Below the pieces are notes generated by a model. That model was not told the DNA's origin. It did not search any database and saw only the letters and a program-made list of their open reading frames with translations. The position numbers and the translations under genes were made by a program. 64,000 bases of DNA from a virus: positions 1-64,000 of the IMG/VR virus record IMGVR_UViG_3300020183_000053; one strand, written 5' to 3'. Numbering within the stretch: the first letter of the stretch is position 1; the number at the start of each line of letters is the position of its first letter. This document shows positions 34,842-45,400 of this stretch, piece after piece.

Positions 34842-35549
34842 TTAGAGCGAGCGCCACGCAGTATCGGCAGGCTGCACTGGAAGCCGCCGCAGCTCGGCAT
34901 CCTTGCGCGATGTGACGATGCGCTGCAGCGCCGGGTGCTGCGGGTAGCGCGTGGCCAGCAGCTGGGCGGGCGTGACCGGGTGCGGGCCGCCCAGCTCCAC
35001 CACCCGCTGCAGCTGGTGCGCAGGGTAGCCTGCCCAGGTGCCCAGCAGCGGCACCAGCTCGTCCACCCAGCAGCGGTGAGCGTAGCTGTAGCCGTTGGCC
35101 CACTGCCAGCCTGCCACCTGCTCGGGCGTGGTGAACGCCACCCGCGCCACGTAGCCACCCGCCAGCAGCACCAGCTGCTCGGCCACCAGCTTAGCGGCGG
35201 CGTACACTCCAGCGGCATCCTGGCGCAGCACGGCGTGCACGTAGTCGGTGGACACGTACAGCAGCGGCACCTGCGCGTCGGTGGCCGCAGCGATGGCGTG
35301 CTGCGTGGTGAGCACCGTGTCGCGCACGCAGGCGCCCGGCTGCAGCTGGGCACGTGCCACGTCGGTCCAGCTGGCCAGCAGCAGCAGCCGGTGCGGCTGG
35401 TGCTGTGCCACTGCTGCCTGCACCTGTGTGGGTTCCGCCCAGTCCACCTCGTCGCGGGGCGGTGCCACCACGTCGTGGTCACGCTCGCGCAGCCACGCCA
35501 CCAGCAGGCGCCCCAGGCGCCCACCACCACCGCTCATCAGCACACGCAT
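34842..35549 (-). CDS. rmlD: dTDP-4-dehydrorhamnose reductase-like SDR (short, divergent)
   Basis: GGGGRLG, A.WTDV..A, YVSTDYV, YAAAKL..E. Confidence 0.75.
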   Translation of the reverse strand: MRVLMSGGGGRLGRLLVAWLRERDHDVVAPPRDEVDWAEPTQVQAAVAQHQPHRLLLLASWTDVARAQLQPGACVRDTVLTTQHAIAAATDAQVPLLYVSTDYVHAVLRQDAAGVYAAAKLVAEQLVLLAGGYVARVAFTTPEQVAGWQWANGYSYAHRCWVDELVPLLGTWAGYPAHQLQRVVELGGPHPVTPAQLLATRYPQHPALQRIVTSRKDAELRRLPVQPADTAWRSL

Positions 35550-35584
35550 CGGCCACCTCCGCAGCGGGCGTAGCCTGCCGCCTG

Positions 35585-35992
35585 TCAATCGTCCTCGATA
35601 GCCAGCTCTGCCAGCGCGGCAGCCTCCACGGCCCGACACTCGGGGCGCTGCGCGGTGCTCTGGCCGAACTGCAGGCAGGTGGCCCAGGCGCACAGCGCGG
35701 TGCGCGGGTCGCCGCCTGCATCCCTGCGGCACTGCACAGGGACGCGCGCCAGCTCGCTGCGCGTCTCCGCGTCCAGCACCACCGGGCGGGCGCTGGCTTC
35801 CGCCAGCTGCACCTGCCCAGCCACCAGCTGCGCCTGCCCAGCCTGCAGCGTGGCCAGCGCCGCCCCCTGCGCCTCCAGCGCGTCGGCGGTGCCGTCTGGC
35901 TTCAGTCCCCAGCCAGCACCGAACCCTGCGGCCAGCGCCGCCACCACAGCCACCACCACCAGAGACACAGGCTCCACGCGCACCTCACTCAC
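35585..35992 (-). CDS. Membrane protein after endolysin (spanin candidate)
   Basis: N-terminal TM helix, coiled coil, four C-terminal Cys; position within the lysis cassette. Confidence 0.45.
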   Translation of the reverse strand: MSEVRVEPVSLVVVAVVAALAAGFGAGWGLKPDGTADALEAQGAALATLQAGQAQLVAGQVQLAEASARPVVLDAETRSELARVPVQCRRDAGGDPRTALCAWATCLQFGQSTAQRPECRAVEAAALAELAIEDD

Positions 35993-36795
35993 GCAGCGGG
36001 CAGCGCCAGCAGGCGCGGCCACACGGTTACGTCCTCACGCTGCACCAGGGTGCGCGCTTGCTCGTCGTTCAGCAGCAGCGCCGTGCACAGGGCGGCGCGT
36101 GTCTTGGCGCCCACAGCCCCGTCGATGGTGCCGATGTCGTGGCCAGCCCGCTGCAGCAGCGCCTGCGTGACGCTGGCCCAGCTTGTCCCGGTGCCTGCGT
36201 GCCCCACCAGCAGCGCGCCAGCGAACCCTGCCTGCTCGTACCCCAGGCGGTTCCGCACGCCCCGCAGGTCGCCCCAGCAGTCCAGGTGCCACGCCTCGCT
36301 GGCGCGCTCGTCCGGCTGGCGGATCACCGGGGTCCACCCACAGGCCGCAGCCAGATCCCACAGCCTGTCCAGCTGCCTGTCGGCAGCCACCCCAGGGAAC
36401 TTGAGCGCACCCAGGTTCACGTCAATGGCGCGGCCTGCGTTGTGTAGGCTTCGCCCAGGCATGGCCACGAACGCCGACTTCATGGTGGTCGAATCGAACC
36501 CTGGGCTGCCCGCTGCCGGGCGGCCAGCAGCGAGCCAACGATCATATTTTGCACGTGCAGCCTGCTGCACGGCCACGTCACGGTGCAGCTCGGTCACCCT
36601 GAAGTCCCCACCAGCCGCCTGCACCGCTTCGTGCAGTGCCAGCAGCGCGGCAGCAGTGTCGGCAGTGGCTACCCCAGCACGCCCCAGCTGGGCAAGCGGG
36701 CGCAGGTCCGCACGCGGGCCGCTGGTGCCTCCCTTGCGGCTGTAGCTGGAGAGGATGCGCGGGTCCACGGCCACAAGGCTGACGGGTGCGGTCAT
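35989..36795 (-). CDS. Endolysin: M15 Zn-peptidase plus peptidoglycan-binding domain
   Basis: R....Q, PGRSLHNAGRAID, EAWHLD; C-terminal Q.LL...G..IG.IDG.VG.KT..AL. Confidence 0.85.
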   Translation of the reverse strand: MTAPVSLVAVDPRILSSYSRKGGTSGPRADLRPLAQLGRAGVATADTAAALLALHEAVQAAGGDFRVTELHRDVAVQQAARAKYDRWLAAGRPAAGSPGFDSTTMKSAFVAMPGRSLHNAGRAIDVNLGALKFPGVAADRQLDRLWDLAAACGWTPVIRQPDERASEAWHLDCWGDLRGVRNRLGYEQAGFAGALLVGHAGTGTSWASVTQALLQRAGHDIGTIDGAVGAKTRAALCTALLLNDEQARTLVQREDVTVWPRLLALPAA

Positions 36796-37265
36796 GTGTC
36801 CCCCTGGGTGGGCGGTGGCAGCGGTGCCTGCGGTGGCGGCACCGCGCGCGTGCCGAAGTAGTACGAAAAGACCATCAAGCACGTGTCTTTCACGAACGCC
36901 AGGATGCTGGTGTGGTCACTCTCTGCCAGCAGGCTGGTGTCAGGCCCAGCCACCAGCAGGTCGGCGATGAACGCACCCACCACCAGCGCCACCATCGTGG
37001 TGACGAACTGTGTGAGGGCAGCGTGCTCGTCCCTGCTGCGCGCGTAGATGCGGGCTACCGCCCACAGCACCCCACCGATAATCGCGGCGGCCAGCGCGAT
37101 GGCCAGCAGTGTGCCGCCCTGGCTGTCGTACAGGCTCGGATAAGACCGCACGTGCGGCGGCTCCACCACCTCAGCCTGCTGCCCGCTGGGTGCGGGTTCT
37201 GGTGTGGGTGCGGTTAGGGTCGGGTCAGGAACCATCTGCCAGTCTGTCGGCGGCACCGGGTCCAT
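36792..37265 (-). CDS. Putative holin
   Basis: Three hydrophobic segments ending VFSYYFGT; directly upstream of the endolysin. Confidence 0.6.
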   Translation of the reverse strand: MDPVPPTDWQMVPDPTLTAPTPEPAPSGQQAEVVEPPHVRSYPSLYDSQGGTLLAIALAAAIIGGVLWAVARIYARSRDEHAALTQFVTTMVALVVGAFIADLLVAGPDTSLLAESDHTSILAFVKDTCLMVFSYYFGTRAVPPPQAPLPPPTQGDT

Positions 37266-37486
37266 CACACCCTCAATCGCGCCACAGCTACCTGCAGCAC
37301 AGGCTGCGGGGCTGGCGCGTGTGTGGGTGTGGGCACGGCGGTGGGTGTGGGTGGTGCAGCCTGCAGGGCGTCCTGCGGTGCCCGCAGCAGCGGCGGCGCG
37401 CTGCCCAGCTCCACGCGGCAGGTGCGCACGTCATCACGTGCAGCCAGCACCAGGGCGAGCAGCTGCTCGCGCACGCTTGCGGTCAT
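37265..37486 (-). CDS. Hypothetical protein
   Basis: Small coupled ORF. Confidence 0.4.
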   Translation of the reverse strand: MTASVREQLLALVLAARDDVRTCRVELGSAPPLLRAPQDALQAAPPTPTAVPTPTHAPAPQPVLQVAVARLRV

Positions 37487-37785
37487 GGCAGGCGCTCCAG
37501 TGTGTTGTGGATCTGCTGCAGGTTGTGATCCACGCTGGTCAGGCGCTGGTCGATACGCGCCAGCAGCTGCTGGTCGGCACGCTGGTGCTGCTCCAGGGTG
37601 GCCACACGGGTGACAAGCTGGGCGCCCTCGGTGCGGTCACTCACCGTTTTCAGCTCGTCAAGCCTGCGGTGCAGGGTGGCCACGTGTTCGCGGGTGCGGT
37701 CGCTGGCGCGTGTCCACACCCGCTCCAGCATCACCAGCACCGACAGCCCCAGGCCCAGCCAGGGAACCGCGTCGGCGGCGGTCAC
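37483..37785 (-). CDS. TM plus coiled-coil protein (lysis-associated)
   Basis: N-terminal TM WLGLGLSVLVML followed by a coiled coil. Confidence 0.55.
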   Translation of the reverse strand: MTAADAVPWLGLGLSVLVMLERVWTRASDRTREHVATLHRRLDELKTVSDRTEGAQLVTRVATLEQHQRADQQLLARIDQRLTSVDHNLQQIHNTLERLP

Positions 37786-38081
37786 GGCTGCGCCCTGCGC
37801 CGTGCTGGCGGCACTGCTTCGGGCGGTGGTGTGGCCGCTGTGGCTGCCAGCACGGCAGGCGCCAGCGCGTCGGTGGTGGCCTCACGGCCCTCCACCACGT
37901 AGCGCAGGTCAGCCTGCCGTACCGTCAGCGTGTGCACGTGCACGTCGGGGTGCTCGGGGTCGTTGACACCCTGCACACCCAGCAGCACCACCATCCCCTG
38001 GAGGAACGGGTGCCGCCCCAGGGAAGTGGCGCGCAGCGTCACCTCCCCGGTGGGGCTGGCCCAGCGTGCGAGCACAGGCAC
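37782..38081 (-). CDS. Hypothetical protein
   Basis: Coupled ORF after the fibre gene. Confidence 0.5.
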   Translation of the reverse strand: MPVLARWASPTGEVTLRATSLGRHPFLQGMVVLLGVQGVNDPEHPDVHVHTLTVRQADLRYVVEGREATTDALAPAVLAATAATPPPEAVPPARRRAQP

Positions 38082-38083
38082 TA

Positions 38084-39406
38084 TCAGCCCAGATAGTTAG
38101 CGAGAATGGTGTCCGTTACGCTGGGCGCGGTGCCACCCAGCGTGATGCGGGTTTTGCTCGTGCCGCTGTTCCGGTCGACCACGAACTGGCCATCGGTGGG
38201 GTTCGACGCCACCTTGACCAGCATCTGGCCGTTCAGCGCCACGAGCACGCCAGGGAAGAACTCTGTGCGAATGTCCTGCCCCAGATCGTAGGCGAGCGCC
38301 GTGCCGCCAGAGAAGCTCTCGGCGAAGGGCCGGAAGCCAGCCTTCAGCAGCGTGACGGCGTTGTCAGCCAGCTTGGTCGTGGTCACAGCGGTGCCAGCGA
38401 TCTGCGTGGTGCCGACACCGCCATCAGCGATCTTCACGCCGCTGGCGTCCTGCGAGAGCGTAACGCCGTTGAGCCGCAGCGTGACGAACCCGCTGCCGTC
38501 CACCTGCACGCCGTTCGTTGCCTTGACCGCAAGGCCACCACCAGCCCCGAACTCCAGCCCCTTGTTCGCTTCCAGGCTGACGAACAGCCCGTTCACGTCG
38601 CGGGTGAGGCCGCTGTTCGACTTCGTGAGCACCTGCAAGCCGCCGCCGCCATCGACGCCGAGCGCGGGGTTCGAACCAGCGAACTTGACGGCGACCGCGT
38701 CCGACGAGATCTGGATGCCGCTGCCCACGTTCACGTTCAGCGTGTTTCCGGACTTGCTCAGACCGTCGCCCGCGACAATCGTCCCCAGCCCCGTGAACTG
38801 CACGAAGGTGATCGCGGTCGTGCCGAGGGTCACGCTGTCGTTCGTACAGACGAAGCCAGTATCGGCGTTGGAACCCTCCGACACGAAAATGGCGGCGCTG
38901 GGGAACTCGCTGCCAGCGTCCAGGTCGGGCGAGCGGGACGCTGCACCAGACGACGGCGCGACATACACGCCGTTTTGACTGCCGGTGGACTGGTTGACCA
39001 GCAGGATGCGGTCGCCCGCAGCCAGGGTCACGCCGTCCACCGTCTGGCCAGCGGCGAGGCCGGTGCTGATGTCCACGTTGACGGTGGACAGCACGCGGGC
39101 GGGCTGCTTCCACTTGATGCCCTGCGCCACGCCATCGACGTATGCCTTGGTCGCCACGTCGCTGTCGGCGCTGGGTGCAGCCGCCCGCAGCACGGCGCCG
39201 GTGAACGCCCAGGTGCCAGTCAGGTCGGCCTTCGCGGCGGTGACCGCGTTGGCCGCCAGCTTCCCGGTGGTGACGTTGCCATCGGCAATCGCGGCAGTAT
39301 CCACCGCGTTGTTCGCCAGCTTGTCGGCGGTGACGGCGTCGTTCGCCAGCTTGGCGGTGGTGATGATGCTATCGACGAGCTGCCGGGTAACGAACTGCAG
39401 GGCCAT
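38084..39406 (-). CDS. Virion fibre/decoration protein
   Basis: AVT..KLA repeats, DVATKAYVD, DGVTL..GDRILL.NQ...QNGVY and Gly-rich beta repeats. Confidence 0.75.
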   Translation of the reverse strand: MALQFVTRQLVDSIITTAKLANDAVTADKLANNAVDTAAIADGNVTTGKLAANAVTAAKADLTGTWAFTGAVLRAAAPSADSDVATKAYVDGVAQGIKWKQPARVLSTVNVDISTGLAAGQTVDGVTLAAGDRILLVNQSTGSQNGVYVAPSSGAASRSPDLDAGSEFPSAAIFVSEGSNADTGFVCTNDSVTLGTTAITFVQFTGLGTIVAGDGLSKSGNTLNVNVGSGIQISSDAVAVKFAGSNPALGVDGGGGLQVLTKSNSGLTRDVNGLFVSLEANKGLEFGAGGGLAVKATNGVQVDGSGFVTLRLNGVTLSQDASGVKIADGGVGTTQIAGTAVTTTKLADNAVTLLKAGFRPFAESFSGGTALAYDLGQDIRTEFFPGVLVALNGQMLVKVASNPTDGQFVVDRNSGTSKTRITLGGTAPSVTDTILANYLG

Positions 39407-39447
39407 GACGTTGCTCCGTTCTGGTGTGGGTTGCGGTGCTGGCCCGT

Positions 39448-39822
39448 CTATGCAGGTCGGTATGCGGCCTCTATAGCAGACGGCGCCGCTGGCGCATAGG
39501 GCAGCGTGAAGGTGGAGGGCGATGCCTGCGTGAAGTCGGTTAGCAGCAGCCGCTGCCCGCTGTCGTATACCTGCAGGCTTCCAGGGAAGTACGCCTCTGG
39601 CAGCGTGAAGGTGGTGCGCACGCCGTCCACCTGTGCGGTGAGGTCCACCCGCAGCAGCGCGGCGCGCACGGCGCGCGTGGCCACCACCACCGGCTGCGTG
39701 TAGTCCTGCGCCGGGCTGGGCGCGTTCGGCGCTGCCAGGGTGGGGTCAGGATCATCCTCGGTTGTCCAGTAGACCAGCACGCCGTCAGCGGTGCGCCGGG
39801 CGCGGTTCACGTACTGCAGCAC
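39448..39822 (-). CDS. Small virion protein
   Basis: DG.RTTFTL..Y..GSLQVY..G.RL, typical of fibre-associated domains. Confidence 0.55.
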   Translation of the reverse strand: MLQYVNRARRTADGVLVYWTTEDDPDPTLAAPNAPSPAQDYTQPVVVATRAVRAALLRVDLTAQVDGVRTTFTLPEAYFPGSLQVYDSGQRLLLTDFTQASPSTFTLPYAPAAPSAIEAAYRPA

Positions 39823-39841
39823 GAGTTCACCTGTAGATGGT

Positions 39842-39994
39842 TCATGGGCATGGCAGCCCTAAGATGCGCGCCACCACGTGCGTCACGCAGTGAAGGCCGC
39901 CCGCGACCGCTGCCGCCCATAATGCAGCCGACGATACCCGAAGCGCGATAACCCTGGCCGCCTGTGTGCTTCTGTCCTTCACTATGCGCTCCAT
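39842..39994 (-). CDS. Possible 50-aa membrane peptide
   Basis: MERIVKDRSTQAARVIALRVSSAALWAAAVAGGLHCVTHVVARILGLPCP; fills an intergenic gap; atypical codons. Confidence 0.3.
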   Translation of the reverse strand: MERIVKDRSTQAARVIALRVSSAALWAAAVAGGLHCVTHVVARILGLPCP

Positions 39995-40014
39995 AAGTGT
40001 GGCGATCGAACTCG

Positions 40015-40833
40015 TCACTCGATGCGCAGGCCAGCGAACCCGACGATGCCCAGGTCATCGCTGGCATCGGCGCCCACCACGTCGGCGTGCACCTCGTAGA
40101 CCCTGCTGGTGGTGCGCAGGTTACCCGCCTGCCCGCCCACAGTCAGCCCCGCGCTGGTCACAGCCGCAGGCACCGCCCCACTGCGCAGCACGGTGCCGCC
40201 TGTCACGTACTCGGCGTCGGTCGCGTTGTAGAGCCGCACGCGCACCTGCCAGCCGCCTGCGGTAGCCAGCACCGCCTGCAGGCGCACCGTGCGCCCCGCA
40301 GGGTAATCCTGCGGGTTCCACGGCACCGCAGCCAGCACCCGCACGCCGTCGCGCTTGGTCACCAGCTGCTGCCCGCACCAGACCATCGGCTGGTGCAGCG
40401 GCGCCTGCACGTAGCTGGGCAGCTCGCCACCGCCCTGCGCCTGCAGCACACGCCCAGCAGCACCGGCTGCCAGCCGTGTCCACGTCTGGCCACTGCGCAC
40501 CAGCAGGTCGCCGGTGGTCTGCCCAGCCACACCCACCGCCAGCGTGGCGGTGCTGCCCGCACCAGCGTCTGCCAGGGTAAGACCTGCGCCTGCTGCCAGC
40601 ACTCGCTCAGCGGTTAGTCCCGCACTGGTGGCGAGCACCACGTAGCTGGCATCAGCAGGCGCGCCACCACCACCCTGCCCACCGGGCACGAGATCGAACG
40701 ACAACGTGGTGGGGTTCCACGCCAGGGTGCTGCCCTGTGCTGTCTGGGCGGTTGCGCTGGCGCTCAGCTTCGGGGCGTGCCCCGAAAAGTTCAGCAGGCT
40801 GATGCGTTCTGCTGGGCTGCCTGCTCCCGCCAT
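40015..40833 (-). CDS. Tail fibre/tip protein
   Basis: APADASYVV...LT.ERVL.AG.G.TL.D.G and GDLL......W.RL..G..G.VL fibre motifs. Confidence 0.65.
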   Translation of the reverse strand: MAGAGSPAERISLLNFSGHAPKLSASATAQTAQGSTLAWNPTTLSFDLVPGGQGGGGAPADASYVVLATSAGLTAERVLAAGAGLTLADAGAGSTATLAVGVAGQTTGDLLVRSGQTWTRLAAGAAGRVLQAQGGGELPSYVQAPLHQPMVWCGQQLVTKRDGVRVLAAVPWNPQDYPAGRTVRLQAVLATAGGWQVRVRLYNATDAEYVTGGTVLRSGAVPAAVTSAGLTVGGQAGNLRTTSRVYEVHADVVGADASDDLGIVGFAGLRIE

Positions 40834-42488
40834 CAGCCACTCCCCGCCACGCTCGCGGTGGCGCTGCCGCCCCCGAGCATGTAGTAGCGCGCCCACACAC
40901 GCAGCCCCAGGGTGCAGGCCGCTGGCGTGTACGTGATGGCCTCCACCGTGGCGCGCTGTTCGGCCCACCCGAACTCGGCATCGGTTAGCAGCACCGTGTC
41001 ACCGCGCCGCAGGTGCAGCAGCACCCAGGGCGAAGCCAGATAGTCCACCCTGTAGCTGGGCAGGGTGGTGTGCTCCACCAGCCAGTCCACCACAGATTCG
41101 GCCACCTGCTGGTCGGTTATCCACAGGCTCTCAACCACGTCTCCCTGCCGCTCGCCCACCATCTGGCGGCTGATGCTGCACAGCAGGCTATTCGTCGGGT
41201 TGCGCTGCACCACGCCTGCATAGCTGTCGGCCAGCGGATCATAGCCGAACTGCAGGGTGAACGTGTTCCGCAGGTCCGCACGTGCGCTCTCGCTCACGCT
41301 GGATGCGCGGTCCAGCAGCGGCCACTGGTCAGCCACCAGCGAAGCCACAGGCGGCGCCCGCCGGTCGGTGATGATGGGGCCATAGCCACCACCCTCCCAG
41401 ACCATCGACACCATCGGGAAGCTGGCCAGCAGCTCGCCCTCGATGAACGCCAGCACCGTGGTATTCGCGCTGCCGCTGGCGTTGACGGCGCAGCGGGCGC
41501 CCATACGGGTGCCCAGCTTCGCCTGCGCCTCGGCGAACAGGCCAGCGGCGGCACCCGCAGCACCGAGCGTGGTGTAGCCCTGCACCAGCTCCCGCACGAT
41601 GGTGATGGGTGTGCCGTCGCTGCGGCCACCACTGACGGCCACGTACACAGCCTCGTCACCACTGAACCCTGACAGGCCGCCCGTGAAGTCAAGGCGGGTG
41701 AACGGTTCGCCCTGCAGGTCCACAGCGTGCGTTTCGGCCCACGGGTAGAACAACGATGCAGCAGGGTAGGCGGTGCCATCCACGTAGACCGTGTCAATGG
41801 TGAGATGCCCGTGGCAGACGGCATACCGTGGCACAGTGCTGGACGAAGCCACCAGTATCGCAGGGATGGCGCCGAACTGCGGCAGCACCACAGGCAGGCG
41901 CTGGCCCTCGCTCTCGGCGGGCAGGGCGGTCAGGCGGTCGGTGGTGAGCACGTATGGCGGCAGCTGCTGGTCACAGCTGCCCAGCGGGTCGCTCACCGTG
42001 CAGGACACCACCTGGGTGCGGGCACCGAACTCCACCTCGTCCATATCGCCGCGAATAAGCACCAGCCGCTGATCGTAGTCACCGCCATCCACGTTCAGCG
42101 ACACCTCGGCCACGCCAGACAGCAGCCGCCCGGCTGCCACCAGCTCGGCGGCGTTGACCAGCACGTTGGGCACGGTAACGGTCAGCGTCTTGGCTGTGCT
42201 GGACGCGCTTCCCAGCTGATAGTCCAGGGTGATGCTGATGTCGTCACTCAGCAGCCCGTGCCACGCTTGCTCGGTGCCGTCGAACCCGCTGCGGGTGCCG
42301 CACTGTCGGCTGGCCACCCGCACCACGTGGTCATCCCCGAATACCAGCTCCACGCACACCACCAGCCCCTGCAGCTGCGGGTCGCGCTGCAGCACGCCCT
42401 GCCAGTAGCTGCTGGACAAGCCACGCGCACCGAACCGCCCGGTGCGCCACCGTGTGAACGCTGGGTGCTGCAGGTACAGGGTGCTCAC
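40833..42488 (-). CDS. Tail tip/hub protein
   Basis: Position after the distal tail gene; C-terminal L.RGD.V.L.D hub-like motif. Confidence 0.6.
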   Translation of the reverse strand: MSTLYLQHPAFTRWRTGRFGARGLSSSYWQGVLQRDPQLQGLVVCVELVFGDDHVVRVASRQCGTRSGFDGTEQAWHGLLSDDISITLDYQLGSASSTAKTLTVTVPNVLVNAAELVAAGRLLSGVAEVSLNVDGGDYDQRLVLIRGDMDEVEFGARTQVVSCTVSDPLGSCDQQLPPYVLTTDRLTALPAESEGQRLPVVLPQFGAIPAILVASSSTVPRYAVCHGHLTIDTVYVDGTAYPAASLFYPWAETHAVDLQGEPFTRLDFTGGLSGFSGDEAVYVAVSGGRSDGTPITIVRELVQGYTTLGAAGAAAGLFAEAQAKLGTRMGARCAVNASGSANTTVLAFIEGELLASFPMVSMVWEGGGYGPIITDRRAPPVASLVADQWPLLDRASSVSESARADLRNTFTLQFGYDPLADSYAGVVQRNPTNSLLCSISRQMVGERQGDVVESLWITDQQVAESVVDWLVEHTTLPSYRVDYLASPWVLLHLRRGDTVLLTDAEFGWAEQRATVEAITYTPAACTLGLRVWARYYMLGGGSATASVAGSG

Positions 42489-45400
42489 AACTCTTCCTCG
42501 AACCGCACAGACAGGTCGCCCACCTGCACCCACCGCTGGGTGGTGGTGTCATACCTCCAGGCAGCGTTCTCCAGCTCGGTGGATTCCAGGAACCGCGCGT
42601 AGAGCATGGACCCGTTCTGCTGCTGGTCGTCAGTGCACAGCACCAGCGGCTGCGCACCGTAGCGCCCCAGGTGGCGCACCGTGGCGCGGAAGGCTTCGCG
42701 CCACCGCTCCACGTCGCCCTCGCTGGTGCCTGTGATGGTGCGGCGCGGGGTGCCAGCCACGTATGCGCTGCGCGCGCCAGATACTGCAGTGGTCACCTGC
42801 ACGTTTCCGGCCTGCTCGTCAGTGCCGCGCCAGTCCAGCGGCACGGTGATCGGCAGCGTCATCCCCGCCACCAGTGCACCCACCCGCCAGTAACCCTCGG
42901 GCGGTGCACCCTGCGCAGTGCTGGACGGGATGGTGATGCGCAGGTAGCGCGGGAAGTCGTTGTCGGCGCGCCGGGTGCCCGAACTGGTCGGGTCAGCGAT
43001 AACTCGCACACCCTGCGGATAGTCATCGAAGGCCAGCAGGTGCCTGTCACCCCATATGTCCAGGGTCACGCCGCTGGTGATGCCGTAACTGAAAAGCCCC
43101 TGCGTCAAGCCAGCGAAGTGAATGGTGTCGCCGTGGTTAGTGGCGATGCGCACGATGCCGGGGTTCGTGCTCAGCGCGTGCACCTGCGCGCGGCAGTAGT
43201 GGCCAGCCAGCTCCCCATCACGCCACGCTGCACAGTCAGCTGGGTTCACCCGAACGCTGTTACTGGCCAGCGTCTGTGACTGCAGTGTAGTGGTGTAGCG
43301 CCGTCCGTCCACGTAGATGCGCGACGGTGCCGAAAGACCAGCATCGTCCCCGTATTCCAGCACCAGATACCGGCTATTCGTGCCCACAACGGCGAGGCCG
43401 CTGTGCTTGAACCGCACCACCTCGTTCGCCGCCACTGCAGCACGCTGCGCGTCCAGCAGCAGCTGCTGCTCCCCGGTGGTGGTGCTGCGCCATTCACTGT
43501 CGGGGCTGGGTGTGGCCAGCTGGTCACCACCGTACTCGTACCGCACAGGCGCAGCGAACTTGTCCCCCGCGAAGCCACCACCGCCTCCCCACCGCACGGC
43601 GACGCCCTGCGCCACGTGCTGCGGCTCGGCGGCAGCCAGCCACCCGCGCAGGTCGCCGGGGCTGCTGGGTGCATACTGCCCCAGGCTGCTCACCCTGGAC
43701 CACCACGCCTCGCGCCACTCGTGCGTGAAGGTGGCGCCTGCCTGGACGGACAGGTGACCCCAGTCCACGCGCTGGAACGCAGTGGGCAGCACGCCGCTGG
43801 TGAGGGTGAGCGGACCCGTGCTCGTCCACACGTTGTCGCCAGCGCGGGACCACGCAAGGTCGGCACGGGTGGTGCCACCCGCTGTCTGCAGCCCCACGCG
43901 GAAGTCGTACCAGATGCCGGTGGTGATACCCGCCAGCGTGTTCTGCGGGGCCAGGAACAGCGTGGTCACGGCGTTGGGGTCATAGATGCCCACCCTGCCA
44001 TCGTTAGACAGGTGAACGCCCACTGCGAACGATAGCCCCGCACTGCTCAGCGCCTGCAGGCCCACGCCCCACCTGGGTGCGCGCATCGCTGGTGCACTGA
44101 CAGCGGACGGCTGGGTGCCACCAGTGCCTGCAGTGGCGCGGCAGGTCCAGCCCAGCACGCCGTCCTCGGCCATGAACTGCGTGACACCAGCGGCGGCCTG
44201 CGACACGCTGAACGCCAGCCTGCTGGCAGTGCCCACCGTCACCTGGGTGGCGTCGGTGGCCCAGGTGAGCAGCGGGGTGCCAGCGAACGACGCGCCCCAG
44301 GGTGTGAACGCGCTGGCGCCGCTGTAGGCTGGCGGCCCGTACTGTGTGGACCAGTAGTTAGTGAACAGGCTGCCGAACTCGTCTGTCAGCACACCAGCAT
44401 CGCGGTGCACGGGGCGGCGGCTGTATGCCGACCAGTAGGACAGCGTCCCCGGCTTCCAGTTAGCAGTGCCAGTCCCGGTTTCGCGGTCGATGCCGCCCGC
44501 CAGCAGGCCCACACGGTCGCCCAGCCACGCCAGCGTGCCACCCTTCGGGGCGTAGCGCATGGACCCGGTATGGCCCAGGATGTCGTCACCCCACAGCAGC
44601 CACTCCCCCACACGGGGCGCCGCAGCACTCCACCCTGCCTGCAGGCGGTCCAGAGGTATCAGAAAGCTGTAGTTCCCGAAACGATTGTCTCCTGCGCCGT
44701 TATCGGTGTGCACCAGCAGGTAGACGAACGCGCCACCACGCGCAAGGAATAACGACTTTGAGTTACCCACTGAAGGGATGAACCCCACAGGGGACCCCAT
44801 CGGTGACCATGCTCCGTCACGACTTGCGAACTCATACCTCCAAATCCCAGCGGCAGTAGCCCGCACACGGAAAAAGGCGCCGTCAAGCGTGCCGAGGCCC
44901 ACGATTGCGAACCGTTCTTGCTTATTCGCGCTGTCACTGTTCCCGAGGTCGTCCAGCCCATCCGGCTCGGCCACCGACAGGCCCCAGGTAGCGCCCCTGT
45001 CGGCGCTATACGCGCTTGCGATGCCCTGCGTGACTGTGCTGCCCAGCCACAGCTCCAGGCGCAGCCAGTCCCCACTGACAGCGGCCTGCATCCGGTAGAT
45101 ATCATGGGTGGTGCCGTAGGCTGCAGACACGATGCCCGGCGTTGCAAGCGTCCACGTCGCACCGCCATCCCGGCTCGTTAGCATGTCAACGTCGTGGCTG
45201 AACACTGCAGGGTTGGGACGGTACACATAAAACCAGCGCAGGCTGCCGTCAGGCAGCTCCACGATAGACGAATAGTCCGCAAACGTCGGCAGGCGGCCCA
45301 CAGGCGGCGAATAGCTGGTGGTGGTGTACCCTGCAGCCGGGTCCGTGGTGGCGAGGCTGCGGTATGCCACGTCGAAGGTGGTGGTGCCTTGTCGCAGGCG

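Noticed and set aside
33641-35530. 629-aa ORF as a single protein
   Set aside because: The 5' part overlaps rmlD in another frame. The real start is the ATG at 34729 with a CAGGAG RBS and its own box.
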